This document shows, piece by piece, positions 62,915-64,000 of a stretch of 64,000 bases of DNA. The translations under genes and the position numbers were made by a program. The DNA lies in contig DAHUZP010000017.1 of the NCBI GenBank assembly GCA_027306505.1, positions 47,244 to 111,243 on the forward strand. Reading direction: 5' to 3'. The DNA is from Thermoplasmata archaeon. Lineage in GTDB: Archaea > Thermoplasmatota > Thermoplasmata > Lutacidiplasmatales > UBA184. Every line of letters starts with the position of its first letter. Position 1 is the first letter of the stretch. The notes under the pieces are model-generated. The model was not told the origin of the DNA, ran no database searches, and worked only from the letters and a program-made list of their open reading frames with translations.

Positions 62915-64000
62915 CCGACGGCGGGATGGCCATCCGCACCCGCGGCCTCACCAAGGTGTACGGAGGCCGTGCTCAGCTACCGGGCCTCCGCCCGCGCCGG
63001 GCGCCAGGGGGCGCCGGGAACGGCCCAGGGGACTCCTCGGAGGGCCCCCCCCCCAACGGGCACCGGGGGGGACTCGTCGCGGTGGACCATGTGAACATGG
63101 AGGTCCCCCAGGGAGGGATCTTCGGCCTCCTGGGACCGAACGGCGCGGGAAAGACGACCATCATCAAGCTCCTGACAGGCCTCGTCGACCTGACCGACGG
63201 GGAGGCGCAGGTCGCCGGCTACGATGTGCGGACCCACCCGCTCCACGTGAAGGCGAACGTGGGTTGGGTCGCGGCCGAGGTGATCCTGGACGACGACCTC
63301 AGCGGGTGGGAGAACCTCTGGCTGCAGGCGAAGCTCCAGCGGCTCACCGACTGGAAGCCCCGGGCAGAGACCCTCCTCGAGTACTTCGAGCTCACAGACC
63401 GGCGGAAGGACCGGGTCGGCACCTACTCGACGGGCATGCGGAAGAAGATGGAGATCGCCCTCGCGCTCCTCCACCAGCCCCAAGTGATCTTCATGGACGA
63501 GCCGACGATCGGGCTCGACCCCAACGTCCGCCGGATGCTCTGGAAGCTCATCACCGGGGTGAACCACGAGTTCGGGACCACCGTGCTCCTGACCTCCCAC
63601 TACATCGAGGAGGCGGACGCCCTGTGCGACCGCGTCGCGATCATCGACCGAGGGAAGTTCGTCGCCACGGGCACCCCCAACGAGCTCAAGGCCCGCATCC
63701 GCAGCGATTTCATCGAGATCGAGACCGGCACGGAGGTGACCCAGGCCCAGCTCGCAGCGATCCCGGGCGTCTCGGAGGTGCGCTCGCAAGGGAAGGCCTG
63801 GATCCTGAAGGTGTCCTCGGCGGAGGAGTGCCTACCGCACCTCTTCGCGGCCCTCTCCCAGCACGCTATCAAGCGGATCAACGTGGAGAAGCCCAGCCTG
63901 GAGTCGGTCTTCATCGACATCACCGGGAAGCGCCTCGACCAGGCCGGGGGGGACGTCCAGGACTTCCGAAAGTTCTACATGAACGTCCGGAGGGCCAGGC
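62911..64000 (+). CDS. ABC transporter ATP-binding protein (3' end beyond window)
   Basis: Walker A GPNGAGKTT, signature YSTGMRKKM, Walker B VIFMDEPT, H-loop TSH. The ATG overlaps the padR stop. A 38-aa G/P-rich insertion follows the first strand. Confidence 0.8.
   Translation, partial: MTDGGMAIRTRGLTKVYGGRAQLPGLRPRRAPGGAGNGPGDSSEGPPPNGHRGGLVAVDHVNMEVPQGGIFGLLGPNGAGKTTIIKLLTGLVDLTDGEAQVAGYDVRTHPLHVKANVGWVAAEVILDDDLSGWENLWLQAKLQRLTDWKPRAETLLEYFELTDRRKDRVGTYSTGMRKKMEIALALLHQPQVIFMDEPTIGLDPNVRRMLWKLITGVNHEFGTTVLLTSHYIEEADALCDRVAIIDRGKFVATGTPNELKARIRSDFIEIETGTEVTQAQLAAIPGVSEVRSQGKAWILKVSSAEECLPHLFAALSQHAIKRINVEKPSLESVFIDITGKRLDQAGGDVQDFRKFYMNVRRAR

Noticed and set aside
1-64000. CRISPR arrays, rRNA genes
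   Set aside because: No regularly spaced direct repeats and no rRNA-like conserved stretches were seen on either strand.

Overview
This is a ~70% GC window that is almost certainly archaeal. It carries the C-terminus of an RFC small subunit, an Hjc-type Holliday-junction resolvase, Pelota, a thiolase+DUF35 pair and a tRNA-Arg without encoded CCA. Many genes start about 25 nt after an AT-rich TATA box (leaderless style); others have GGAGG-like SD sites. Content from start to end:
- Molybdopterin genes (moaC, moaB) and a thioredoxin.
- A ~4.9 kb integrated element in the 5' half of tRNA-Arg(CCT), flanked by an exact 22-bp direct repeat. It carries a tyrosine integrase, small ORFs and a Cys-rich protein with an HUH-like motif.
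- A SAM-dependent methyltransferase, then malate synthase + isocitrate lyase (glyoxylate shunt) and a PurM/AIR-synthase-like protein.
- An HD phosphohydrolase divergent from a 1517-aa TPR protein. The TPR protein ends in a prion-like S/Y/G/P-rich tract and a zinc ribbon.
- Two nearby loci of zinc-ribbon proteins combined with SPFH/band-7 membrane proteins (20.2-24.0 kb and 29.0-33.4 kb). These resemble the bacterial ydjGHI-type module without PspA and are the most system-like content.
- A P-loop ATPase divergent from Hjc, which is translationally coupled to the thiolase and DUF35 genes.
- A decayed IS630-like transposase remnant.
- PKD and beta-helix surface proteins, and a 3-hydroxyacyl-CoA dehydrogenase.
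- A DUF2130 coiled-coil protein with a PD-(D/E)xK-like nuclease motif.
- An SCP2 / Fe-ADH / ALDH / SRPBCC / GMC-oxidoreductase operon behind a perfect 16-bp palindrome + TATA.
- A TusA-like sulfur carrier next to an HTH/Cys regulator.
- A divergent PAPS-reductase / phosphosulfolactate-synthase(ComA)-wHTH pair sharing a palindromic TATA.
- PurT, an ICMT-family methyltransferase, a PadR regulator with double-palindrome operator, and the start of an ABC ATPase.
No CRISPR array or rRNA was seen. All family calls come from motif and sequence recognition by eye; no searches were run.
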